Assembly: GCA_000320545.1 (NCBI GenBank) | Contig: ADNK01001625.1 | Span: 55,316-119,315, forward strand | DNA: 64,000 nucleotides | From: Bigelowiella natans CCMP2755 | Taxonomy: Eukaryota; Protista; Cercozoa | Reading direction: 5' to 3' | Shown here: positions 38,346-51,328 of the stretch, one piece after another | Numbering within the stretch: the stretch's first letter is position 1 | Layout of the letters: every line of letters starts with the position of its first letter | Position numbers and translations under genes: made by a program | The notes under the pieces: model-generated | What the model was told of the DNA's origin: nothing | Databases searched by the model: none | The model's input: the letters and a program-made list of their open reading frames with translations, nothing else

Positions 38346-39466
38346 TTTTCGCAATCTCAATGTGTGAGCTAACACTGTGAACAACATATAGATCTACAAA
38401 CGTAGACATTTTGTGGGTGCATGATGATTGCGATGTGTTGCATCTTGAGCGTAGTTTGTTCACCGCCGATCATTGCCTGATGGCACGCCACTAGGCTAGC
38501 TAGCAGTCTCTGTTTTTCTCACAGATTCTTTTTTTGTGATGGGATTCTTGTGCGCTGTTTTCGTTTGAGCTCACAATGCAAGAACGGCGTGCATCAGTGA
38601 AAATTTGCGCGTGCGGCAACTGTGTGGGTGCGCGCTGATCACATCAGCTCATCACGTGCGTCACAGGTGCGTCCAGTCTGCAATGTCTGGCAGTGGACAG
38701 ACTACGTGTTGTGCGCATCTAGGCATGCTGGCATGCCCAGCTCTTTTTCACAAGTTAGCAAGTGGTGAAGAGCGACGCACTGACGTGGTGCTGGCTAGCT
38801 AGAGTGGGGACCAGGCTAGCAGGGCGTGGGCATCATCGTGTGGTGCACCAGTCACGTCCACTTCGTCGCAAAACTCGCGTTCTTGAGATGCTTGCAGAAA
38901 TCGAACAAAGCTACTGCTAGACCAGCTAGCCTGTGCTGGCAGGTGACGCACGATTGCAATCAAACCAGTCAAGCAATGCTCTCCATCGGACGCATTCACT
39001 TCCAAGGCACCAGAACTCCAATCCTCGCATCGGCGCGGGCACGAAAATTGGACAATGAACAATGAACAATGATGATGAACCACATTTCCAAAATGTAACA
39101 AGGCATTTGCAGTGCATGGACAGCTGTTGCTGGCTGGCAATTGCTGGCTGGTTCGCCTGCAATCTGACTGAGGTGGCCAACAACGTGAGCCTTGTCGCGT
39201 TTTGCGCAGCTACCCCAAGTTTAGGATTTCGTTACTAATCTGTTGTCGCAGCTCTAGGACATCATGAATTACTGTTACAATGAGAACATTCTTCAGCTAC
39301 AAATGTTCTCCAAAAGGCATACTTTTATTTAGTAACGACATTCAATCTCACCAATTTTTAGTCCCACATCGAAAGAGTTCTTGGTTCTGTCAACACCGAA
39401 TTATATTTTAATTGTTCGGGTGTTAATTCTCCGACAACTCCGCACACATTTTAGACCTCCCCTAAT

Positions 39467-40566
39467 ATGCCTCCTTACGACCCCAACGCAGTCACATACG
39501 GTGCTTATGAACGAGATAGGGGGGATAGGAAGGGCTAATGAGAGATAAATGGAAGAATGCTTAGATAATGGAAACATTGGTTGCCGTTATAGAAGAGGAT
39601 TGGGGATCCACTTAGCAAGCAATAGTGCAAAATTGTTTCTGATTCAATCTCGCATGCGAATACTCTTGGGATTTTACACTGATGAGGCGGATTACATTTT
39701 TAAAGTAGCTTCAAACCATTGATAACCATCTCTCTAACTTAATCTTCGAATAATCCGTTAGTCTACCTCCGATGTGTGGGAGGCGAGGAGGCTGGTACTT
39801 CAGCTCTTGCACCTAAAGTCGGTCCTCTCGGTCTGGTAAGCCTCCATACAATACTCCCATTTAATAATACTTTTTTTTAAATTTCCATTTGGCTGGAACA
39901 AGAAGTTAGTGAAGTGTTTTCATATTGGTTTCTTAGTCTGCAAAGAAGCTTGCTGGTGACATTGCAAAGAAGACTACCTCCTTCAAAGGCCTTCGTGTCA
40001 CTGTACAGCTCGAAGTAAAGAACCGTCAGGCAACTGTTTCCGTAGTCCCCTCTGCAGCTGCTCTTATTATTAAGGCTCTAAACGAGCCACAGCGTGACAG
40101 AAAGAAAGTAAAACACGTAAAGCACGACGGAGACATATCCATGGATCAACTGTACGAGATTGCTCGTGAAATGAGGCCGCGTAGTATGGCTCGAGAGTTT
40201 TCGGGAACTGTAAGGGAAATGCTTGGTACATGTGTGTCTGTTGGTTGCACTGTTGGAGGCGACTCTCCAAGGGATCTCATCCAAAAGTAAGTCAAAAATA
40301 ATTGTGGGGCTAGGTGGGAGTAATTAGAGAGGTTATTTTCATATGGGAATGCAATGTGATTGGATTTACCTATTTTGTGATATCAAGGGATTCAGGGGAA
40401 TATTTAATATGGTGTGCTAGTGTACCTTTCGGTTGTACCGATTATAAAAATGTTCGTTGTATTTTCTTGAGTTCCAAAGCAGAGCCCTTGTGATGTTTTC
40501 GTGATGTAGATATATTTTTCTACCTACAGAATACAAGAAGGAACTTTTACGTGCCCTGAAAAGTAA
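39467..40566 (+). CDS. RPL12: 60S ribosomal protein L12 (uL11), 4 exons
   Basis: [32 protein letters not shown]|[53 protein letters not shown]. Confidence 0.97.
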
Positions 40567-42162
40567 TTAGCTTGATGATCGGCTAGTGAGCATTACCTAG
40601 GTGCTTATGAGCAATGGAATGTTTTGATGAACACGATTATGTCTTCATGATCTATAAATCATGTCATGATATAAATGAATATCTTCACGCGAAATTAAAT
40701 GCTGCGAGTGCGTCTCACCTTAATAGCGTCCAAAATGAGAACTATCTCTGAATGGGGCGACTCAGTATTCACCAAGTTATACGCGCATGAAATGATTATT
40801 TGTGCATGCAAGCTCCTGACGCATCATTTTTGACGCCGGTACCGTAGCTGCGACGATGCATTATTTGCGTGCGTACACACACACTTCTAGACTTACCTGC
40901 AGGTCAGGAGCAAATTGGATGCTAGCTAGCTAGTTTGGTGTCGTGGATGACGGCGTTATTGCATATATGCACGCGGTAGTCGGTCGCTCCATGCATGCAC
41001 TGCATGCGAGCAAAATACCAGAAAATTCTGACAATTTATTTGGTCAGGCTAGCAGGTGCCTATAGTAGAGATCTGCAATCTACAGCACAGTCACGCAGCT
41101 CAAAACTGTTTGAGCACACAACGTACAAAGCCACGTCGCCACGTCGTCGTAGTACGTACGTCGTGCGAGTACGTGATCATCCGCCTGGTCTACATGGGTA
41201 CCTTGCATTGTTAGTGGTGGACAGCGTAGCCTGGCGGAGCACTGTGCTATATAGCTGCTAGCTGTGGCATAGAGCACCAGGCGCATGGCACGGAAAAAGG
41301 AAAGGTAAGCTGCGAAACCTTTGGGTTCATCTTCGAGATCATTTCACTTTTATTTGTCATAGCATGCAGGCTAGCAGGCCCCAAATTTTGTCACAACTAG
41401 ACAAATTGTTGACATACGTAGATACGCCGGAACATGCCTAAAATTTTATTTATTTTTATTCGCCTCGAACCTAGTACGTGAAACGTGTATTTTTTTGCAC
41501 ACATCATGCTAGCATGCAGTCTATGGCATTGCCCAGTTGCCGCTGCATTGTTTCATGCAGTTTTCAAGCGCAGGATAGCAGGAAACGTTTGCGAAACCGC
41601 GCCATGAAATTCCCAGGTTTCGATCGCCTAGCTAGCTAGTTCTAGAGTTATTGTGAGCATTGCATGTGTCTACTAGTTTAGATAACTGCACATGTGCTAG
41701 CTGCGCAGTCGATGACGAATGTGTGATGGCCGGACTACTAGCCAGCGCTCACTAGCTAGCTAGCTCAGCATGCGTGACGGATCGGAGACTGCTGCAATTT
41801 TTTCACGAGTCCATGTCTGCGTTGTGATGCTGCAATGTCAGCTCATGTGTCGGCGACGAACAGAAAAGGCCTGGCTAGCTAGGCTGTGCAACTAGGTAGG
41901 GCTGCTGCACGTCGTCTAGCGTGCGCTCTAGCGCTACCGTATGTACGGAACGCCATGGCATATCGCATGTGTGTTGAATCAGGCATCCTGCTACAGCGTT
42001 AGCGGTGCTTAGCCATAGAACCAGTCAGTGCTTCTGAGGATATAGTATTTCTCCCCAACTTGTTTTACAGCTCATTCATACGGATAATACTTCGGAAAAC
42101 GAATATTGAAGATCTGGTCCATCATTAAGTTTTCCGTTTTCTAATTCACTACTTACAACTAC

Positions 42163-44018
42163 TTACATCTTACGGGGAACAATGAGAGCCACTCTCATGC
42201 ACTGTTTAGAGGAATATTTCGTCGACACAGCTTTTAGTGTTGTATCTCCATTGTAATGTTTCTTATGAGCTTTGTAAAGATCTATGAGCACCTCTTTCAG
42301 ATCGTTGAAACATGCCTTGGAGCAATAACGGAGTGCAGTTGGCTATTGTGGAATAACAAAAATGTACAAGCAATTTTTCGGAGTATGAGGGGCATGGCTA
42401 CTTGCAAACGAAAGCAAACGTTTGAAGACGAAAGTGTACCATCTCAGATTCTCCTGAAATAGTATATCGCGACAGTAAGACTGCTGCAGCCGCAATTCTA
42501 GACGGAGGATATGCCACATACATCGGCTCCTGAGCGCTTAGTTCGATCAGATACTGAAATACAAAAAAAATAAATAAATGAGTGCCAAAGTTTCATGAGC
42601 ACGTGAGATTTTTGTTGCACAGAATTAAGATTGATTTAAGGAAAGTGTTTACCTTCGCCAATTGCAGCTCTTTCTCTTTCAGTTGTATAAGTTTATTATA
42701 GATCTTCAAGAATTCCTCTGGGGTGGGCGCCGTAAGGCGAAATTTAAGGGATTTCAGGATTAAAGATTCCATTCGAATCACCTAGTGTCACCACGTGTAT
42801 TTGTATCGTAAGTTAGGAAAGCCCTGAACAATTTCAAGAAGAAAAATTGGGACCTCGTCTCGTGTGTAGGTGTTGTCCGAGATATAAACAAACTCGTCGA
42901 CCGATGGCGGATAGATTTCCTCATATTTTGAAGCGAGAAGCATGGCACTCACGCCGACAAGTTGCAATTTGGTGCGATTGATGGATATATCGCTTAGAAC
43001 TCTATCTATGTAGTTAACAGTAAGGAAGAACGTTTGGCGGTGGAGCTTATACTCGTCGGCTACCTCAACCAACCAATCTACAAGAATGCTTCTCATGGTG
43101 TGGTTAATATCCTCCTGCACAGCAGTCATTTTGTTTCCATCCTCCATATATTTTTCCTATTGCACAAAAGAATGGTGAATGAGTGAAAGCACGAGATAGA
43201 TTGTGTTTCACTACCTCTCGCTCGAGAAGGAAGTTTACAATATCAGATTCGTATGAGTAACTCGGATCAGGTTTCGAGCTCTGAATTTTCGCCAACAGGC
43301 CTGCATGTTCCGAGTAGCACGTACATTGGGATTGTTTACAGAATTCGATAAGATAGGAATTCAACATAATACAACAGAAATATTTGGTGAACCTTGTCCC
43401 TGTAAGGTTCTTTCAACCACCATCTCGTCACTAGTGTCACTGAATCCAGCAACACTACTACTATCGTCATAGTCGTCTAATTCGTCGTGTAGAGTGTCCA
43501 TGCTGATAGGAGATCGGTTATTATCTTCACCGCAACTGCTATCGCTTATCATTCCAAAATCTTCTGGATTCTCATTGTTGACATCCTCCTGAATGGCAGA
43601 TTTCACTTCCGACTGTTTTCGGGTCGTTCGAGGTACCTTCGACTATTTGTTAATGAAGAAAACAGAGACATCGATTTAGTCTTCAAAACTTGAGCTGCAC
43701 GTTATTTTTGTGCACATGTTTGTTTCCCCTTACTTTTTGATGTGATGATACCTTGCCTCCGACGAAGGTCTGTTTATTGCTAATATCGGCAAGAGCGCTC
43801 CGTTTGTTCCCGGATTTCGACTTGGTTTTGGACATAGTTTTTGAGGTTCGGCGTCGGGTCAGCATTGACGGATTGTCCTTGTTCTTAGAGTTTACGTGAA
43901 TATTCATTGCACTACTTGAGCTTCCACCTATATCCGTTTTATTCCCGGATCTTCTTTTGCTCCGCCTCAGCTTCCTGTCTCGAAACTTTGATTCGAGATC
44001 CACAATATATTCCGACAT
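42163..44018 (-). CDS. Mitotic cyclin (A-type), multi-exon
   Basis: D-box RSALADISN; cyclin box [47 protein letters not shown]. The 3' end may include one more short exon near 42066-42113. Confidence 0.92.
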
Positions 44019-45205
44019 GCGATGTTAATTTATACACCACTGGAATGAACCTTGGTGCAAGAAAAATAGAAGTGAGATTGACCTTACACGGTAGTAATAG
44101 ATTAATCTGATTTGAGCATGCTTTCTGTGAGAATAAACGCATAGAATTCTTAAATTTAATAGTCGAAATTCATAAATTATGTGGAGTGGCCACCATTCAG
44201 ATTCTTTTCTGAATCATTAGATCGTTTACAAATCCAACGGTTATAGTAGATTCTTTTTATTTTGACAATTTCGAAGATAAAAGCAAATCAAATAACGATG
44301 AGTTCTACTCTAAAACTCCTCATTGCTCTTCCAAAAACTGTCGGAGGACTGTGTAGTTAAAAGTTCTGGATGATTAAATGCGACCTTGGCTGAGGGGGTA
44401 AGCTCCCTTTCCGTCCAGTTGCAATAATCTCAGATTCTGAACTTGGAGCAGGAATTTTTTGATGAATAAATGCATACGTCCTATTTTAATTGTTGTCGTA
44501 GTATCGTAAACTCTTTCTTTTTTGTGTCGTTAAAAGTGTGTTTGATGCTTTGAATGGCTAGCACTCTCGTGTAGTATCGAGCTTTCCGAACATTTTTTTG
44601 GAATTAATTCGTTCAATAAATATCCTTAATTTTTGTAATAATTATAATATTATTCAAGTCTTTAAATTAAAATTAACGGCAGCTTCTTACCTCGTTAGGA
44701 TGGAACTGCCTTCGTAGGGTCTAGATCCTGCCAGTTTCCGGCGCGAAGCTGTATCCAAACCCGTTCTTCAGATTTTTCCTTTTGCGAAAATTGTACTAAA
44801 CGTCAAAAAAGTGTAGTTGCCGTTGTGCAAAAAAGAATCACTTTTACCAAGCTAGGTTTCACATTTGATCTACCAAAGTCTTATTCCATCAACTGAATGA
44901 ACCAACGACTCAATTCGTTGAGAGTCTCCGGAGATCCATGCTAACAGCAGTTCTAACGTAAACGCGTCGAATCCCAGTCAATCCAGATGAATTATGCCAG
45001 CAAATATTTCACCGGACAACATAAACAACAATAATTTTCAGGGCGAATAGAATCACAAGCGCCATTGGATTTTTGACACGGAGAAAAGGCCCGCAGAAAT
45101 TGGAAGTCTGTGGTGTGGATTTTATGCATGCGACATGGAAGGTTGTATTGTCTCGGAGGAAGACATAATATCAGACATTCCATACGGGTCGAGCCCCCTA
45201 CCCCG

Positions 45206-46648
45206 ATGGTAATGCTGCAACTCCTCTTGTGCGCAGTTGCTGTGGTCGTTCAGCCTGCACGATTAGTTCCAGTAAAGGTACAGTCTCGGACTAAGGCGTT
45301 GGGATTATCATCAAAGCCTGCATTGGGTCTTCGACCACGTCATCCGCTTCGACAAGAGCCTGTTCTATCACAGAAGTCCCGTATCCATTCACGGGTGAAT
45401 CAGGATCATGACAACCTTCAGCGGCCCGATCCTACACCACATTTAGACACTTATCAAGTTGAGAGGAGGAAAACGAGCACTCCGAAGAAATTTGCCATGA
45501 TAATCGCTACTACATATCTCGCTTTGTCTTCTGGTTTAATTGCTACAGCTGCTGAGGCCACCGAGGAAATAACTAAAAAAGATGGTTGGTTTCAGAGTAT
45601 CATTAATGTCTTGGAAAATAGTATTTTAGGAATTGATGAATACTTGCATAATATGGGCGTGGAGCAATCAACTGGATTGTCTATTATTATTGTAACGCTT
45701 ATTGTTCGGACACTCGTTCTTCCCCTGAACTTTGCATCTCTAAAATCCAGTGCGTTGATGCAAGCTATCTCGCCACGCATGAAAGAAATACAAGCTAAAT
45801 ATAAGGATGATCAGGAAACTCAGGGCGCCTTGATCCTGCAAGTGTATCAAAAAGCAGGAGTCAATCCTTTGGCAGGGTTGGTTCCGGCATTTGCGCAGAT
45901 ACCAATTTTTATCGCTTTCTACCGGGCACTTTCAAATTTGGCTAAAGATGACAAATTATCAGAATCATTCTTCTGGCTCCCTAGCCTTGAAGGTCCGACC
46001 TTTACATCTCAAAACCTTGATTGGCTCACGAAAGGTTGGGAAGGAATAAACCCGCCTTTGGGATGGCACGATACACTTGCCTACTTAGCTCTTCCTGCTC
46101 TTTATGTCATCGGCCAATCGGCCTCCCAAAAGCTCCTAGCACCACCACAGCCTGAAGGTAGTGAGAATCCAGCAGGGGGCTTTACCAAATTTCTTCCGTT
46201 ACTCATTGGATACTTTTCCCTCAACGTGCCAAGCGCCCTCATCCTTTACTGGGTTGTAAGCAACATATACAGTGTAGGATCAAGTTTGGCGACGCGAGCT
46301 CTTTTAGCCAATGACCCCAAGGTGGCCGAGTTAAAAGAACTCATGGCAGCACCAATGATTATTCAGGATGAAGAAGAAGAAACCCCTGATGCGTCAACAT
46401 TATTTCCTCCAGCATCAGCCGCGTCATCACAGGCGTATCCACCGAGAGACATATCGGCATCCTCCTCGATGTCATCACAAACTCAAGAGGATCGTTCTAG
46501 TCGAGGTAGTAGATTTCGAGAGCTTAAATCGAAGGAGTCCGGAAATTGGGAGGAGGAGGTTGTTGAACAAAAACCGGAGAGTGTGTCTCAGCGTGGAGCA
46601 AAATTTCGAGAATTACGAGCGAAGGAAGAATCTGCAAATGACGAGTGA
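45206..46648 (+). CDS. ALB3: Plastid membrane protein insertase Alb3/Alb4 (YidC/Oxa1 family), intronless, with bipartite leader
   Basis: Signal MVMLQLLLCAVAVVVQP plus transit-like region; GLSIIIVTLIVRTLVLPL, GVNPLAG, QIPIFIAFYRAL, FFWLPSLEGP, PLGWHDTLAYL, VPSALILYWVVSN. Confidence 0.93.
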   Translation: MVMLQLLLCAVAVVVQPARLVPVKVQSRTKALGLSSKPALGLRPRHPLRQEPVLSQKSRIHSRVNQDHDNLQRPDPTPHLDTYQVERRKTSTPKKFAMIIATTYLALSSGLIATAAEATEEITKKDGWFQSIINVLENSILGIDEYLHNMGVEQSTGLSIIIVTLIVRTLVLPLNFASLKSSALMQAISPRMKEIQAKYKDDQETQGALILQVYQKAGVNPLAGLVPAFAQIPIFIAFYRALSNLAKDDKLSESFFWLPSLEGPTFTSQNLDWLTKGWEGINPPLGWHDTLAYLALPALYVIGQSASQKLLAPPQPEGSENPAGGFTKFLPLLIGYFSLNVPSALILYWVVSNIYSVGSSLATRALLANDPKVAELKELMAAPMIIQDEEEETPDASTLFPPASAASSQAYPPRDISASSSMSSQTQEDRSSRGSRFRELKSKESGNWEEEVVEQKPESVSQRGAKFRELRAKEESANDE

Positions 46649-47310
46649 GATGAATGGTGACTGATGATAAATTTGTTGCTGAAAGTATTTTAATATTCTC
46701 GTTTGTGCTCTTTCCCCCCTAGATTTTGAGAACGTTACGTAAAAAGCTTTCGCACCTGATAATAAAATAAATCTTGAGTCTCGCATACGTGCAGTAAGAT
46801 AGCTCACACAATACGTTGTACAACTTATGTGTAGCACAATGTAACTTGTAGTACTCATCAAATGAAATTCTGTTGCCCAAAGCATTGTGTATGTACGAGT
46901 ATATGAAAATAGCTAGCTATGTATATAAGTAATAAAGATTTATACTTTAGCGTGCGCGTGCTTAGCGTGGTGATGAACATGTGAAATATCTAGATATGCT
47001 TATAGAGTACGTATATGACTTCACCTCGCAGCACGTAGGATACAATGCGCATTATTTATTATTGTACATCCATATTGCGTTTGCTATAGTTTTTGCGCAG
47101 ACAATAGCGCGCCTACAATTCTAAAATTGTCTAGCTAGCTAGATTGGCCATCAACGACGCCAGAGTTCTATGCGCTGCATGCATGCGTGTGCGCATGCTG
47201 ACTGATTGCTGACGTGCGATGTCACAGCGATATGTGTGTCGCAGGCAAGCTCCATATGTGACATACTTTCTCAAGCAAGCAACACGCATGCTAGCATGTT
47301 TACATAAACA

Positions 47311-47460
47311 AACAGACACAATTTAAGCGCTGTAGCCGCTGCACTGCACAGCTTCATCAGGATGACCATTGGAAAAATTTAAACATTTCATTACATCCGT
47401 CTCACATAACCGCAGGCACTAACAGGTTCAAAAAAAGCGCTGTGGCCGCTGCATTACGTA
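47311..47460 (+). repeat. Dispersed repeat copies 2 and 3 (one full ~110-bp unit plus a partial tandem unit), homologous to 25489-25590
   Basis: agcgctgtagccgctgcactgcacagcttcatcaggatgaccattggaaaaatttaa...ttcattacatccgtc, then agcgctgtggccgctgcattacgta. Confidence 0.8.
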
Positions 47461-47542
47461 CATAGATGTAATCTAAATGTTATTACTAAATAATGCAAAC
47501 CTTAATTAAAACCAGACAACTAGAGTCTCTGGCGGTATACAG

Positions 47543-47612
47543 CGTCATACTCCAGAGTCACAACAGAAACACAATGGTTCCCTTTACTTGTGGCTCCTTC
47601 ATGGCGATGATG
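47543..47612 (-). promoter_or_regulatory. SECIS element (type II) in the SELENOT 3' UTR
   Basis: Minus strand: ATGA-A-GGAGCCACAA-GT-AAA-GGGAAC...GTTTCT-G-TTGTGACTCT-GGAG. It has the AUGA/GA core, helix II, unpaired AAA and a mini-helix, about 130-200 nt after the stop. Confidence 0.85.
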
Positions 47613-47744
47613 TTTCAGAGCTTACTTATTAATCACCAGACCCGTCTACTACCATATGCCAAGCTAGCCTCTGACTCGCTACTACACTCAACCCCCAACT
47701 TCCATACTCTTTTCTCTTATATATGACACAGAGGTGGGCAGCAG

Positions 47745-48141
47745 CTATATAGTCGCTTCACCTATCGAAAATCCCATGGGAGGAAAAAAATATTGGTAAG
47801 AAATGTATGGACGTAACATAGACAATGGATGCTATGGATGATTAATTGTATCAAATAAGAAATACGTATGATGCTTTTTGTCAATGACTCGTGATTCGTG
47901 ACCGGACAGCAACGTCGTGCACAAGTTACCAAATTTTGGTACTTTGGAATAAATTATCACTTCCCAAAACTTTATTTTCTCTCGTTGGCTTTGTTAGGAA
48001 AATAGTAATACCTGCGTATGTTTTTGCAAGATTTTCCAGTATATCCGGTGTTGGGATCCTGATTATTCAGTGATAGTATAATTTGTTGAATCGGAGAAGC
48101 TACTTTCGGTTAAGGTTTCTTTATATTTCTCTCTGCTTCTC

Positions 48142-48189
<48 letters not shown>

Positions 48190-49061
48190 CCTCTCTATCT
48201 CCTCCAGCTGAGAGCATATTCACCGCCTTCCCTCTACTACGCCTGGCTAACTATTGACCTTCCTGTTGCAATTTTGCTGAAAACAGTTTCGTTGTCAATC
48301 TCTATCTCGAAAGCACCTATTCAAGAAGAAGATGTGAACAAGGGCTACAACAGCAGTGATCATGAACAAGCGTCCATAGATTTTTTGTATTTTTCACATG
48401 ATTTATTGTATATTTCCTTGTGATTTATTTCAATTTCCACTGATGTATCTACGTTCTAATTTTATCACACTAGCATCATGGTTTAGGCAATGGATTCCCA
48501 ACCTGTTGCAACGAGCTGCTGCGCCAAGGTGTTGAGCACGAATGCTATCATCACAGAAGCATAAAAGTTGTTCTTCAGCATCGCTACAATCTTTGCCCCA
48601 GGTTCGAAATCCATAGACTATGGTAGAGTAGTACGAAGGCATTCAGACAATGTAGGATTGTATCAGAATTTTCAAACAATATGCCAGCTATTTTACCATT
48701 TCTTATACTCCCCTCCTCTACCTCCTCCTCCCTCTTCCTGGCCACCTTAAACAGTTGTTCTCCGATAAACATAAGCGCAATCAGCCCGAACAGCGCGTAG
48801 ATACACAGTTGGGATAGAAAAGCGTTGAGAGGTGCGGGGGGGTATATCGCTCCTTCAACTTCCATCCCCTTTTCAATCAGGATCTTCGCCACCTATGTAC
48901 AGGAGGTACAGCAGAGCTTTAACAATGACGCTTCACACAGGCTGAACTCTATGAAGCTGATAATAATTATAACAACTACTACGGTTAACATCTACCTGAT
49001 TGAAAAGGTTCTTGTAACCTCAGCTTGCGCAAAAGCGGATGAGGACGTGCGTTGGAGCCAT
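47745..49061 (-). CDS. SELENOT: Selenoprotein T-like (Rdx family), in-frame UGA = Sec at 49022-49020
   Basis: MAPTHVLIRFCAS(TGA)GYKNLFNQ|VAKILIEKGMEVEGAIYPPAP..|..QQLVAT|GAFEIEIDNETVFSKIATGR|IPTPDIL..; CxxU motif plus downstream SECIS. Confidence 0.92.
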
Positions 49062-49715
49062 GGCTGCAAGTGATCGATTTGGCGACTAATGTCGAACAGA
49101 AAAATTAGTATGCTTTTCAAGGATGATAACTTCTATGCCCTCAACAAAAACTACATGACACGTGAAATAAAGTCTCATAGTGCGAAGCCATTGAGTATCA
49201 CCACTGAAACACACACACATCTCATTTGACTGCAGCGCATTACCTAGAGCTTCTCTCCGTCGCTTCTTCTCGAAAATTGTTATGTCTGACTATGTGTACC
49301 GCATATTATTATCGTATTGAAAAAAAGGCATGTGTTTTATACGTGCGATAACCATATATACTTGGCGCAGAACAATATAACCTCACAATGTAACATTTTT
49401 GCTTCGTTGCACTAAGCATGCGACAGGAAAGGTGCTCACACACATCGAAATCGTCGGGAGTTTTTCTCTAGACAAAAATATATCGATAAAACATCGTAAA
49501 AATGTTTCAGTAGTAGCAGAAGTGCGAAAAAGTACATAAATCCTGCAAAGCAAACAATGGGTGACACCCTTCCCGACTGCAAAATCGTACCCTAGATCTA
49601 CGAATGAATTAGGGCCCCATTCCATCGTCTTCAGTGTGATGGACGTTAAGGTTCAGATCAAATCCGAAGAATACCCCCCTTCCATTGTTCACTCTCTCTC
49701 TTGATCACCTAAAAT

Positions 49716-51288
49716 ATGGAAATGGGTCAGGTTGGAGACTTGTTATCGTCAGGGAACCCCTTGAATGCCCTTTCAAGTACCTTCAATGCGCTTGCGAGTA
49801 AATCTCAGGAAACACGTTCAGCTGCAGCTGAGAGGCTTAGCTCCTACATGGAGGTTGTCCCCATTTACTCATACCTACCTATGTATACGATGCAATGTGT
49901 GTGTGTGTGTGTGTGTGTTGTGCTGAACCCCCCCCCCCAGCATGTGCCATCGTTCGGTCCGTTTATAAATATTCTGAGTAGCCCTCGTAATTGAACTAAT
50001 AGGCAAAATCTAGGCAGTTGACAGCAGACAAATTCGAGGAATTGGCTAGCAATATCACCTCGAAAATTACAGATCTGGTCAGTCTAATAGAGTACACCTG
50101 GAGGCTTATCCACCCTAACTCATTCATACTTTTATATTTTTTGGCTCTTTGACCACAGGTGAATGGACTCGATATCTATGGAAAGATGGGAGGAATAATG
50201 GTGAATAATCTTTTCCCATCATAAATCAATTGAGCTATTTTTTTATCTCTTTCGCTCTATTAACTTGTTCTCAATACCAAAAAATCAGGCTATCAGTATG
50301 ATAAGCGAGCACTTTTCTGCAGAGAAGAATATATTCGAAAACATCATCTTGCGTATCGCGGCATGTTTTCACCGCGTCTTCGAACAAATAAAAGAGCCCG
50401 TGGTCCTCGAGGTACTTAAATTGAGATTGCCCCTCCTCCCTTCATAGAGAATGACATTATTCTTTTTCTATAAATAGATGGCGGCCCGTGCTCTTGGCCA
50501 CCTAACACAACACGGAAGTGGGTTCTTCAGCGAGATAGTCAACGATGAGGTCGCTTCCTAACTTCTACTTAGCCTGAATTCTTGTTTGAGGCGGCTTCCA
50601 AGACTCAACGTTGGTTATTGGCAGGTGGTGGTGGCACTTAGCTGGCTTGAGAATCCGAAGTATGCTGCAAGGCGTTTGGCGGTACATTCAAGTGTTTGGA
50701 GGAGAGAAAGAAATTGCAGCAGCAGATTAATTAATTGAACGATATTTTATTAGGCGGTCTTGCTTCTCCGGGAATTCGCAATTAATGCACCCACACTCTT
50801 CAACATTCATGTCCAAAAATTTCTCACACACATATGGGTACTAATGAAATAGGAGCCCTTCCCTAGGCTACTACTACTAATTTGCAGATAAACTCCAAAT
50901 CTATGAAACCTCCCCAATCTTACTCGAATATACTTTAATATTCAATGTGGTTGTCTAATTCGGCTTTTCATTCTGTGATCTCGAGCACGGAACCGCGAAA
51001 GGGCGTCATGCTATTAAATCAGCGGGATCACAATTATATCCCCCCCCCTCCCCCCCATCATTACTACTCAGGTCGCTCTTACAGACAAACTTGTTGCCGT
51101 ACGATATCGTGCCCGTGATGCTTTGAGCGCCTGTAAGTCCTACTAAATATTTAGATTAGGCAGAAAATCTTATTATTAACGAGTGTGAGAACCAATAATG
51201 AATCACTCATCATGACTGAGGTGATGATGAGGGGGGGAGGATAATTCTAGGTACTACGGTGTTGAGTATTTGTTCATTCTTCACACAC

Positions 51289-51328
<40 letters not shown>

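Noticed and set aside
39679-39720. CTGATGAG hammerhead or snoRNA core in RPL12 intron 1
   Set aside because: No matching stems or GAAA core, and no well-placed C/D box pair.
45110-45205. Upstream GTG-started extension of ALB3
   Set aside because: Non-ATG start; the ATG at 45206 directly begins a signal peptide.
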